Below are positions 18,040 to 26,635 of a stretch of DNA of 32,499 bases, in pieces. The stretch is from Desulfovibrionaceae bacterium UBA930 (GTDB taxonomy: Bacteria > Desulfobacterota > Desulfovibrionia > Desulfovibrionales > Desulfovibrionaceae). The DNA is taken from positions 1-32,499 of the forward strand of contig DBDO01000041.1 in NCBI GenBank assembly GCA_002293605.1, given 5' to 3'. The first letter of the stretch is position 1. Each line of letters opens with the position of its first letter. The translations under genes were made by a program, and so were the position numbers. Under the pieces are notes generated by a model, which had not been told where the DNA came from, did not search any database, and saw nothing but the letters and a program-made list of their open reading frames with translations.

Positions 18040-19467
18040 ATGGCGCTTGAGCTCAGGCAACAACTCAAACTTTCACAGCAACTTGTCATGACGCCCCAGT
18101 TGCAGCAAGCGATTAAACTGCTGCAACTGTCCCGTGTGGAATTGCTGGAAACGGTGCAGCAGGAGCTCATGGAGAACCCCTTTCTCGAAGAGTCTGTGGA
18201 TGAAGCACCGGTTCAGGCGGAAGAGCTGCGCCCTCTTAGCGCCGATGCTGACGATGCCTACTCGAAAGAGGCTGCCCGCAATGCGGATTGGGAAGACTAC
18301 CTTGGGGATTTTTCCAGCACCTCCCGTCAATCTTCCGCCAGAGAGAATGAAATCTTCTCTGAAGACGGCTTCAGTTTTGAAGCGCGCTATTCTGCCAAGC
18401 CCACCCTGGAGGGGCATCTTCACTGGCAGCTCAGACTTTCACGCCTCACGGAAAAGCAAAAGGAAATAGGAGAGGCCATTATCGGCAATCTCAGTTCCTC
18501 AGGCTATCTTCAGGCAACGCACGAAGATATCGCCACGCTTGCGGGCGTAAGCACGCAGGAGGTTGAGAGCGTTCTTAGGGCTGTGCAGCGTTTTGATCCT
18601 GTCGGCGTGGCTTCGCACACCGCTCAGGAGTGTCTTATGGTGCAGTTGGAAGTATTGGGCTATGACCGCGATCCCGTACTGACTTCGCTCGTCAGCGAGC
18701 ATCTTGAAGACCTGGAGGCCAGACGCTATAAGCCAATCTTGCGCAAATTCAAGCTTTCCCCCGAAGATTTGAAGGAATACCTGGATATAATTCAAAGCCT
18801 TGATCCGCTTCCCGGCGCAAGCTTCGGCGGGGGGGAGCCATCCTATGTATCCCCCGATGTTTTTGTATACCACCTGGATGACGAATTCCTCATCGCTCTG
18901 AACGATGAGGGCTTGCCCCAGCTGCACTTGAGCTCCTTTTATGAAGACAGCCTGCGCGCGGCCAAAGATGCAGATAGGGAATACTTTCAGGAAAAAATGC
19001 GCGCCGCAGCCTGGCTCATTAAAAGCCTGCATCAAAGGCAGCGCACCCTGTACAAAGTAATGGAGAGCATCGTCCGCTTTCAAAAAGATTTTTTCCTCAA
19101 TGGGGTATCAGGACTTAAACCATTGATTCTTAAGGATATTGCCGATGACATCAGCATGCACGAATCAACGGTAAGCCGCATTACTTCAAATAAATACGCA
19201 GCAACCCCTTATGGCATTTTTGAATTAAAGTATTTCTTTAATAGCGCGCTTTCTCTGGACGATGGCAGCGAGGTCGGTTCGGAAAGCGTAAAAGCCCTGA
19301 TAAAAAAATATATTGCGGCAGAAGACTGTAAAGAGCCCCTGAGCGATGAACGTATCGGCGAACTTTTAAAGGAAGACTTAAAAGTTAATATCGCCCGCCG
19401 TACTGTCGCAAAATACCGCACCGCTCTTGATATTCCTTCTTCTTCCAAGCGCAGGGCTTTTTTCTAG
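18040..19467 (+). CDS. rpoN: RNA polymerase sigma-54 factor
   Basis: Region I QQLVMTPQLQQAIKLLQL, HTH HESTVSR, RpoN box ARRTVAKYR. Confidence 0.98.
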   Translation: MALELRQQLKLSQQLVMTPQLQQAIKLLQLSRVELLETVQQELMENPFLEESVDEAPVQAEELRPLSADADDAYSKEAARNADWEDYLGDFSSTSRQSSARENEIFSEDGFSFEARYSAKPTLEGHLHWQLRLSRLTEKQKEIGEAIIGNLSSSGYLQATHEDIATLAGVSTQEVESVLRAVQRFDPVGVASHTAQECLMVQLEVLGYDRDPVLTSLVSEHLEDLEARRYKPILRKFKLSPEDLKEYLDIIQSLDPLPGASFGGGEPSYVSPDVFVYHLDDEFLIALNDEGLPQLHLSSFYEDSLRAAKDADREYFQEKMRAAAWLIKSLHQRQRTLYKVMESIVRFQKDFFLNGVSGLKPLILKDIADDISMHESTVSRITSNKYAATPYGIFELKYFFNSALSLDDGSEVGSESVKALIKKYIAAEDCKEPLSDERIGELLKEDLKVNIARRTVAKYRTALDIPSSSKRRAFF

Positions 19468-19507
19468 GACTTCTCCAAAGCCTTACGCGCCTAGGGGAAA
19501 AAGGCTA

Positions 19508-19535
19508 TTTACAAGACGGGCCATTCCGCTACAAT
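19508..19535 (+). promoter_or_regulatory. Putative internal sigma70 promoter for hpf-ptsN-rapZ
   Basis: TTTACA (19508-19513), 16 nt, TACAAT (19530-19535), in the rpoN-hpf gap. Confidence 0.45.
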
Positions 19536-19603
19536 GATCATAAAGGCTAAGGAACTCCTCTCCACAGAAACTTCTTCACTTTTCTTTGTTCCGGGAGGGC
19601 CGC

Positions 19604-20146
19604 ATGAACATCGTTTTTACCTTTAAAAACTTTGAGCCGTCGGATCACCTGCGCCGCTATGCCGAGCGCCGCTTTGAAAAGCTGGGACGTTTTGTGAACA
19701 AGGCTGAATCCGTTGAAATGACGGTGGTCCTTACGGTGGATAAATTCCGCCACAAAGCGGATGTTCAGCTGTCCGGCGATGGCATTGCCATTACTGCCAT
19801 GGAGCAGTCTTCCGACATGTACGCCACCGTGGATATGGTTCTCGACAAGTTGGAAGCGCAGCTCAAAAAATATGGGGAGCGCATGAAGGAAAAGCGCCGT
19901 TCGGGAAAAATTCCTGTGGATGCGGCCCCTGAAGGCGCGCCTTTTGCAACCAAGGATGAAGATTCGCCTCCGGTGATTATAGAAGAAAAAGTCGAACCCA
20001 AACCCATGTTCGCTGAAGAAGCGGCATTGCAGCTTATGCAGCGCGATGAAACAGTGCTTCTTTTTCTCAATGCGCAAACAGAGCGGGTCAATCTTATCTA
20101 CCGCCGTAAACAGGGTGGCTTCGGCCTTGTTGATCCGGGTTTTTAG
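19604..20146 (+). CDS. hpf: Ribosome hibernation promoting factor, long form
   Basis: S30AE domain (DMYATVD...KLEAQL) plus C-terminal KPM..EEAALQL...NLIYRR..GGFGL; GGGAGG RBS; follows rpoN. Confidence 0.93.
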   Translation: MNIVFTFKNFEPSDHLRRYAERRFEKLGRFVNKAESVEMTVVLTVDKFRHKADVQLSGDGIAITAMEQSSDMYATVDMVLDKLEAQLKKYGERMKEKRRSGKIPVDAAPEGAPFATKDEDSPPVIIEEKVEPKPMFAEEAALQLMQRDETVLLFLNAQTERVNLIYRRKQGGFGLVDPGF

Positions 20147-20164
20147 AACTTGTCGATCTGTGCG

Positions 20165-20611
20165 ATGAATATAGAGGATATTCTTCCGCTTGAGGCGGTA
20201 CTCCCCGACTTGCGGGCCGCCACGCGCGAGGATGTGCTGACGGAGCTTGTTGAGCCGTTGGTGGCGGCCCGGCCCTGGCTTGATCGCCACGCTCTTGTTG
20301 ATAGTTTGCGCGAAAGGGAACATATGGGCTCAACCGCCATGGGGAATGGAGTGGCCATTCCCCATGGCAAAGCCGCCGGGCTTGAGTCTGCCTTGCTTGT
20401 TTTTGGACGCAGCCGTGAGGGCGTTGCTTTTAGCTCTTCTGAAAAAGACTGCCATATTTTTTTTCTTATCCTTGCGCCTGAAGAAGAAGCAGGGCAACAC
20501 CTACGCCTTTTGGCGCAAATAGCACGACGGGCCAAAGACCCTGTATTTCGCTCCGAAGTTTTGCTGGCCGGGAATCGGGAGCAGCTTTGGCGAGTGCTGG
20601 TCGCCCCCTGA
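20165..20611 (+). CDS. ptsN: PTS EIIA(Ntr)-type protein
   Basis: RE..GSTAMGNGVAIPHG (phospho-His), HLRLLAQI; rpoN operon context. Confidence 0.9.
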   Translation: MNIEDILPLEAVLPDLRAATREDVLTELVEPLVAARPWLDRHALVDSLREREHMGSTAMGNGVAIPHGKAAGLESALLVFGRSREGVAFSSSEKDCHIFFLILAPEEEAGQHLRLLAQIARRAKDPVFRSEVLLAGNREQLWRVLVAP

Positions 20612-20616
20612 TACTC

Positions 20617-21522
20617 ATGACAATGCAAACATCCCCCCCTGCACAAGCCGGAGATGAGGCCTCCCTGGTTATTATCACAGGTCTCTCCGGATCCGGCAAA
20701 AGCACCGCCCTGGCCGTGTTCGAAGACATGGGTTTTTTTACTGTCGATGGCTTACCTGCGGTGTTCGCGCCCCAAATAGCCAAGATGATCCGTAAAGAGG
20801 GCTCCGGCTACCAGGGCATAGCCCTGGGTATGGACTTGCGACAGAGTGATTTTAACAGTGAGTATACGCAGGCGATGGAAGAGCTGCGCGCTATGGGTTT
20901 TGTTCCGCGTGTACTCTTTCTTGAGGCCAGGCCTGAGGTGCTGATGACACGCTATGCAACAACGCGGCGTCCTCACCCTCTGGAAAAAGAAGGACTCGGC
21001 CTTGAGCAGGCCCTCGGGATGGAGCGCGACAGGTTGCGGCAGCTGCGTAAAAGTTCCGATCTTGTGCTCGATACTTCCAGCCACTCGATTCACGATTTGC
21101 GCCGGGTACTGCAGGACAAGTGGAAAAATTTACGTTCCCTGAACAGGCTTTTGCGCATTCACCTGCTTTCTTTTGGCTTTAAATACGGTACGCCTTCCGA
21201 GGCGGACATGATGTTTGATCTGCGCTTTCTTCAAAATCCCTATTTCGTCCCGGAGTTGAAGCCCCTGTCCGGCCTGGACGCGCCAGTAGCCGACTATGTG
21301 CTGCAACAGGAGCCCGGCAAAGAATTTTTCACCCGCCTGGCGGATTTTTTGCGCTTCACCCTGAGCCAGTTCGAGTCCGAAGGGCGTTTTCGCATTACCA
21401 TAGCTATAGGCTGCACGGGCGGCAGGCACCGTTCGGTGGCAGTGGCGGAGGCCCTGGCCCGTATGTTGCGGGAAAACGGCTATTCCTTGAGCTTGGAGCA
21501 CCGCCATCTCGCCCTTGGCTAG
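20617..21522 (+). CDS. rapZ: RNase adapter RapZ/YvcJ P-loop protein
   Basis: TGLSGSGKS, TRRPHPL, SFGFKYG, FDLRFL.NP, GCTGGRHRSV. The start may instead be ATG 20623. Confidence 0.95.
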   Translation: MTMQTSPPAQAGDEASLVIITGLSGSGKSTALAVFEDMGFFTVDGLPAVFAPQIAKMIRKEGSGYQGIALGMDLRQSDFNSEYTQAMEELRAMGFVPRVLFLEARPEVLMTRYATTRRPHPLEKEGLGLEQALGMERDRLRQLRKSSDLVLDTSSHSIHDLRRVLQDKWKNLRSLNRLLRIHLLSFGFKYGTPSEADMMFDLRFLQNPYFVPELKPLSGLDAPVADYVLQQEPGKEFFTRLADFLRFTLSQFESEGRFRITIAIGCTGGRHRSVAVAEALARMLRENGYSLSLEHRHLALG

Positions 21523-21554
21523 TACATTGCATGCGCAAAGAGGAGCAGTGTTTC

Positions 21555-22025
21555 ATGCCTATGGAAGAACAAACGCAGCCGCCCGACTCCGGGCTACAGG
21601 CAGGCATTATTATTGTTACGCATATGGATTACGGCAGCGCCCTGTTACGCGCGGCGGAATCCATTGCCGGACCAGTACAGGACTGCACCTGCATCCAGAC
21701 CGATTCCGCTCTCGCCGTGGATGAAACCGTCTTCAGGCTGAAAGAAGCCGTCAACCTTTTGAGCAATGGCAAAGGCGTTCTGGTGCTGACCGACATGTTT
21801 GGCGGCACCCCCACCAACCTCAGCCTCTCCTTGCTCGGCTCGCGCACGGATGTAGAAGTGCTCACCGGCGTCAACCTGCCCATGCTTTTGCGCGTGCTCC
21901 CCAACAGAACACTCCCGCTGTCGGAATTAGCAGAGCTGGCCCTTAAGGCCGGTTGCGAGGGTATTATCGCCGCAGGCAAGGTTTTGAGCAGCAAAACGGA
22001 AAATAGGGTAGAGCAGCACGACTAG
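21555..22025 (+). CDS. PTS EIIA, mannose/fructose family
   Basis: IIIVTH (phospho-His), VLVLTDMFGGTPTN, VLTGVNLPML; AGGAG RBS. Confidence 0.9.
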   Translation: MPMEEQTQPPDSGLQAGIIIVTHMDYGSALLRAAESIAGPVQDCTCIQTDSALAVDETVFRLKEAVNLLSNGKGVLVLTDMFGGTPTNLSLSLLGSRTDVEVLTGVNLPMLLRVLPNRTLPLSELAELALKAGCEGIIAAGKVLSSKTENRVEQHD

Positions 22026-22067
22026 GTTCAGGTCTCATTATTTTTCTAGGCTACCGCCTCAAAGCCC

Positions 22068-22162
22068 GTCTGGGGGGAAATGATTTCCCCAGACCCCCTC
22101 ATCTTGCTTTGCTTGCGCGTTGTGCAAGCAAAGCAGAAATGGGGTACAAGGGCTTGTCCCTT
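22068..22162. repeat. Nested palindromic intergenic element (REP/MITE-like; may also act as a terminator)
   Basis: GGGGAAAT-G-ATTTCCCC (22074-22090) flanked by GTCT/AGAC; perfect 12-bp inverted repeat TGCTTTGCTTGC/GCAAGCAAAGCA (22105-22135) enclosed by CCCC/GGGG; AAGGG/CCCTT (22148-22162). Confidence 0.7.
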
Positions 22163-22480
22163 CGTTAGGTATTCTTCATCCCTTACTTGAAGATTAAGTC
22201 TCCCTTATCTTTATCTGCTTCTGTCAGCCATCCTGATCTGCCTTAGTTCCGAAGGCTGCTTAAGGGAATGTCCCCAGGCGCGGCCATTTCATCTCTTTCA
22301 ATTTCATCAATCAAAACGCTCAAGGCCTCATGTCCCATGAGCTTTTGTACGCCCAATCCAACAAAACAATTCCATAGCCAAAATTCTGAGCTTGGCTATT
22401 CAAGCAGGCAAAAGGCTTGCCGCTCAAAGGCGGTGTCAGCTTAAGCGATAGCCCGAAGACAGTGCAGCGCGGATTAATAA

Positions 22481-22508
22481 AGCGCCCATAATATAAATTA
22501 TGTTAACT
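22481..22508 (+). other. dif: dif site (XerCD chromosome dimer resolution site)
   Basis: AGCGCCCATAA-TATAAA-TTATGTTAACT has the 11+6+11 layout of E. coli dif (GGTGCGCATAA-TGTATA-TTATGTTAAAT). XerD arm 10/11 identical, XerC arm 8/11; intergenic between convergent gene blocks. Confidence 0.85.
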
Positions 22509-22553
22509 TTAATATTGTGCTACCTTTTATTCCTCTAGACTTGCCAGCCCCTC

Positions 22554-23660
22554 CTACTCCAGCCGCCTGGAAAAAAACCAGCCAGACAAGAGCAAGGTGC
22601 CAAAGCCGATGATCAGCATGGGCCAGGTATTGGACCACACGTCTATAAAGGACATATCCTTAAGAAAGAGCCCCTTGAGAGTAATCAGGGCGTGCTTGAG
22701 CGGATTGCACCAGGTCGCGGTCTGGAGCCAGGGCGGCATATTTTCCACCGGCGCAGCATAGCCCGAAAGCATCACCGCTGGAGCCAGAAAGGTGAAGGCC
22801 CCCAAAATGGCCTGCTGCTGCGTTCTGGCAAGGGCGGAGATAAAAAGCCCCACCCCCACAATGGATAGAATAAACAACACTATGGTGAGGAAAAGCAGCC
22901 AGAAGGAGCCGGTAAAAGGCACGTCAAAAAATAGAATACTTGCCGCCCAGATGAGCATGCCCTCGATAACGCCCACTATCACAGCAGGAATGGTCTTGCC
23001 CGCCAGTATCTCATAGGCCTGTAAGGGAGAAAGCAAAAGCTGATCAAAGGTGCCAAGCTCCCTTTCCCTGGCCACGGACAGGGCCGTGAGCACCAGGGCC
23101 AGAATCATGGACAAAATGCCCACCAGCGAAGGGGCTGTAAACCAGATGTATAAGAGGTTGCTGTTGAACCAGTTGCGTTCTTCAACAAACGGCAAAAAGG
23201 CGCGTTCTTTCGGCCCTAAAAGCTCCCGGCTGTATTGCGAGGCCAGTTGGGCGATGTAGCCGTTCACAATCTGAGCCGCATTGGAGCGCCTGCCGTCCAG
23301 AATTACCTGAAGACTTCCCTGTTTGCCGGAGGCGATGCTGCGTGAGAAGTCCTGAGGAATATGCACAGCCGCCAGCACGCTTTGCCGATCAACGAGATCG
23401 CGCAGTTCCGCCCTGCCCTTGACAAAGTAAAGGAAGCTGAAGCTGGGGGAAGCGGCCAGACGCTGCGTCAGCTCATGGCCGTGCCTGCCGTTATCCTCGT
23501 TATAGACAGCCAGAGAAACGTTTTTTACTTCCAGTGTTGCGGCAAAGGCGAAAATCAAAAGTTGCAGGATGGGAGGCCCAATCAGCAGCATGCGGCTTCT
23601 GGGGTCCCGCAGCAGGATCAGGAGTTCCTTTATGACAAGGGCGGTGACACGGTGCGGCAT
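22554..23660 (-). CDS. ABC-2 type permease, YbhR-like
   Basis: KELLILLRDP, LDGRRSNAA, WFN.NL, TALSVARERELGTFDQLL, LSGYAAPVENMP. Confidence 0.92.
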   Translation of the reverse strand: MPHRVTALVIKELLILLRDPRSRMLLIGPPILQLLIFAFAATLEVKNVSLAVYNEDNGRHGHELTQRLAASPSFSFLYFVKGRAELRDLVDRQSVLAAVHIPQDFSRSIASGKQGSLQVILDGRRSNAAQIVNGYIAQLASQYSRELLGPKERAFLPFVEERNWFNSNLLYIWFTAPSLVGILSMILALVLTALSVARERELGTFDQLLLSPLQAYEILAGKTIPAVIVGVIEGMLIWAASILFFDVPFTGSFWLLFLTIVLFILSIVGVGLFISALARTQQQAILGAFTFLAPAVMLSGYAAPVENMPPWLQTATWCNPLKHALITLKGLFLKDMSFIDVWSNTWPMLIIGFGTLLLSGWFFSRRLE

Positions 23661-24776
23661 TCAGGCATCCAGCCTTTTCACGATTTTTTTTGCCGTAAGT
23701 GCAAAGAGCGCGGCGCTGATAAGCAGCATGGCGGCAAGGGCCGAGAGGAGCACGGGCCAGATGTTCCCGGCCAGAAAAAGGGTTTGCAAGCTTTCCACAA
23801 AATAACGGGCCGCCACCACACAGCTTACGCCACGCACCGGCGCGGGCATGGAGGCGATTTCAAACACAAAGCCGGAAAGCATCATGGCGGGCAAAAATCC
23901 GCTCATCAGGGCGATTTGGGAGGCCAGAAACTGGTTTCTGGCATAAGAGGAAATAAGCAGCCCCTGCCCCAGGGCGCTTAATAAAAAGACTGCCGTGGCG
24001 ATCAGGAGCGCCGGAAAGGAGCCGCGAAAGGGCACGTTGAACCACAGCGCGGCCACCAGCCAGCACACGCTCATGGAACCAAGGCCGAGCAGAAAATAGG
24101 GGATCAGCTTGCCGAGCAGAATTTCCATGATGCTCACCGGTGTTGCCATGAGCGCTTCCATAGTGCCGCGTTCCCATTCCCTGGCAATAACCAGGGCGGT
24201 CAGCAGCGTGCCTATCAGGCTCATGGTCACGGCAATGGAGCCCGGAATGAGAAAATTGCGGCTTTTCAGTTCCTCGTTGTACCAGAAGCGAGACTCCAGC
24301 GCGATCCGCTCCTCTGCGGCTCTGCCGCGATCTTCGCCCTGATGCTTCAGCCACACCTGGATAACGCCCTTGGCGTAATTGAGCAGAAAGGCGGCAATAT
24401 TCGGCTCGGAGCCGTCTGTGATGACCTGAAGGGGTGCGCCTTCCGCAGAGCCTGCGTTTTTGGCGGAAAAATCGCTCGGAATGACGATAATTCCCCTGAT
24501 CGCCCCCTTGCCCAGATCATGGCTGAAGGTGCGCCGTTCTTGCCCGACGCGGGTATCGAAAAAGCGGGAATTCGTAAAAGCCGTGGCCAGACTGAGTATG
24601 TCCGGCGTGTTTGATTCCAGCACCAGGGCCACACGGATGCGGTTGCTGTCCAGGTTGACCCCGTAGCCGAAAATAAAGAGCAGGATCAGCGGCAGTACAA
24701 AGGCGATCAGAATGGAACTCGGATCCCGCAGAATCTGAAGGCTCTCTTTGCGAATCAGGGCGGCAAGGCGTTTCAT
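23661..24776 (-). CDS. ABC-2 type permease, YbhS-like
   Basis: KESLQILRDPSS, FGYGVNLD, TDGSEPN, WYN..L.S..FLIPG, AREWERGTMEAL, LSGFVFEI.SMP. Confidence 0.92.
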   Translation of the reverse strand: MKRLAALIRKESLQILRDPSSILIAFVLPLILLFIFGYGVNLDSNRIRVALVLESNTPDILSLATAFTNSRFFDTRVGQERRTFSHDLGKGAIRGIIVIPSDFSAKNAGSAEGAPLQVITDGSEPNIAAFLLNYAKGVIQVWLKHQGEDRGRAAEERIALESRFWYNEELKSRNFLIPGSIAVTMSLIGTLLTALVIAREWERGTMEALMATPVSIMEILLGKLIPYFLLGLGSMSVCWLVAALWFNVPFRGSFPALLIATAVFLLSALGQGLLISSYARNQFLASQIALMSGFLPAMMLSGFVFEIASMPAPVRGVSCVVAARYFVESLQTLFLAGNIWPVLLSALAAMLLISAALFALTAKKIVKRLDA

Positions 24777-26635
24777 GGTCCGTTCTCTTTCACCTGCTCA
24801 TGTTCATGCATCGTATTTTTTTCATGCCGGGCCTCGCTTTGCTCCACAAGGGCAATAAAGGCCTCTTCCAGGGAAAGCCCACGCCCCCCACTGCCCCCTG
24901 CCTGTTCTTTCAAGGCCTCGGGCGTGCCAATGGCGATAGTCTCTCCCCTGTAGATCAGGGCGATGCGGTCGCAGTATTCCGCTTCATCCATAAAATGGGT
25001 GGTAACCATCACAGTTACGCCCTTACTGACCATAGCGTTGATATGCAGCCAGAACTCCCGTCTGGTTAGCGGATCTACACCGGACGTGGGCTCATCCAGA
25101 AAAAGCACGTCCGGCTGATGCATGACCGCACAGGCCAGGGCGAGGCGCTGCTTGAAGCCTGGGGGCAGGTTTTCCGCGTTCATGCCAAGACAGGCCTCCA
25201 GGCCGAACAGTTTTGCCGCCATGGCGATACGCTCTTGTCGTATTTTTCCGAAAAGGCCGTACAGAGCGGAAAAAAAACGCAGATTTTGCAGTACACTGAG
25301 TGAGGCGTACAGGGAAAACTTCTGGGCCATATAGCCGATGCGCATACGGGCTTTTGCCGAGGAGCGCTTGAGTTCCAGCCCCATAACCCTGGCTGTGCCC
25401 GAACTTGGCTGCAAAAGCCCGCACATCATTTTGAAGATAGTGGATTTTCCCGCGCCGTTGGGACCGAGAAGGCCGAAAATCTCGCCCCGGCGAATCTGAA
25501 AGCTGCTGTTCTTCACAGCCGTAAAATCGCCAAATCGCTTGCTCAGGGCCTCGGCCTCAATAACGGCTTCGCCGCTATCCGGCTTTTCTTCAACTATCGC
25601 CCCTTCAAGGGCAAAAGCGTCCACAGGGCCGCCTTCCTGCATGGAGGCCAGCATATCAATAAAGGCGTCCTCAAAACGCGGCTGGGCTGGATGCCAGCGG
25701 CCCGCGCACTCACGCGCGGCAGGGCCTGTTCCCAGGACCGCTTCTTGTGCTCCGCCCTGCTCTTTCCTTTGAGTGACAATGCGTATGGAAGAGCCTCGGA
25801 GCACGGCGTCCTTCACCTGCCCTTCTTTCAACAGGCCCATGAGCAGCGCGCGGCGGCGCTGTGGCGCTATGCCGGAGATTTCCCAGCTTTTGCCCTGAAC
25901 GCTGCGCAGCATGTCGGCGGGCGCGCCGTCATAAATCACTGCGCCCTCGTTCAACACAATGACCGCATCGCAACGTTCGGCCTCATCCAGGTAGGAGGTG
26001 GACCAGGCAACAGCCATGCCGCCGGGCAGGAGGGCCTGCACCATGCGCCAGAGTTCCCGGCGCGAAATGGGGTCAACCCCGGCGCTCGGCTCATCCAGCA
26101 GCAGAATGCGCGGTTCGCCCAAGAGGGCGCAGGCCAGGCCGAGCTTTTGCTTCATGCCCCCGGAAAGCTTGCCTGCCAGGCGGGATTGAAAAGGCTCCAG
26201 AGCGGTGAAGCGCAAAAGTTCGGCAAAACGTTTTTGTCTTGCCGCTCCGGCAAGGCCGCGCAAATCCGCAAAGAGCCTCAGGTTCTCCATAACGCTCAGA
26301 TCTTCATACAGGCCGAACTTCTGGGGCATATAGCCGGTAAGGGGGTGGATGCGATCGGCCTGGGAAGCGGGGTCAAAGCCGACAACACGCGCGCTGCCCG
26401 CGTCCGGACAAAGCAGACCGACCAAAAGACGCATGAGCGTGCTTTTGCCCGCTCCGTCCGGCCCCACGAGGCCTGTCACGCTCCCTGGGTATAGAGCGCC
26501 GCAGATGCCCTTCAGAGCGGGCCTGTTCATGCCCGGAAAGCGCTTGAGCAGATCGTGAAAGACAACAAGCGCTTCCCGCCCGGCATATGTCCCTTGACTC
26601 TGCGGGGCCTGCAACGAAGCCTCCCGGTCCGTCAC
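24773..26635 (-). CDS. ABC transporter ATP-binding protein with two ATPase domains, YbhF-like
   Basis: GPDGAGKS, LSGGMKQK, LLLDEP; then GPNGAGKS, LPPGFKQR, LFLDEP, THFMDEAE. Confidence 0.94.
   Translation of the reverse strand: MTDREASLQAPQSQGTYAGREALVVFHDLLKRFPGMNRPALKGICGALYPGSVTGLVGPDGAGKSTLMRLLVGLLCPDAGSARVVGFDPASQADRIHPLTGYMPQKFGLYEDLSVMENLRLFADLRGLAGAARQKRFAELLRFTALEPFQSRLAGKLSGGMKQKLGLACALLGEPRILLLDEPSAGVDPISRRELWRMVQALLPGGMAVAWSTSYLDEAERCDAVIVLNEGAVIYDGAPADMLRSVQGKSWEISGIAPQRRRALLMGLLKEGQVKDAVLRGSSIRIVTQRKEQGGAQEAVLGTGPAARECAGRWHPAQPRFEDAFIDMLASMQEGGPVDAFALEGAIVEEKPDSGEAVIEAEALSKRFGDFTAVKNSSFQIRRGEIFGLLGPNGAGKSTIFKMMCGLLQPSSGTARVMGLELKRSSAKARMRIGYMAQKFSLYASLSVLQNLRFFSALYGLFGKIRQERIAMAAKLFGLEACLGMNAENLPPGFKQRLALACAVMHQPDVLFLDEPTSGVDPLTRREFWLHINAMVSKGVTVMVTTHFMDEAEYCDRIALIYRGETIAIGTPEALKEQAGGSGGRGLSLEEAFIALVEQSEARHEKNTMHEHEQVKENGP

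Noticed and set aside
22170-22470. Possible pseudogene on the - strand (...MGHEALSVLIDEIERDEMAAPGDIP...)
   Set aside because: About four stops per 100 codons is near random expectation and I recognise no homolog; a BLASTX hit would be needed.
22026-22553. CRISPR array or IS element in the large intergenic gap
   Set aside because: No regularly spaced direct repeats, transposase, terminal inverted repeats or target-site duplication.
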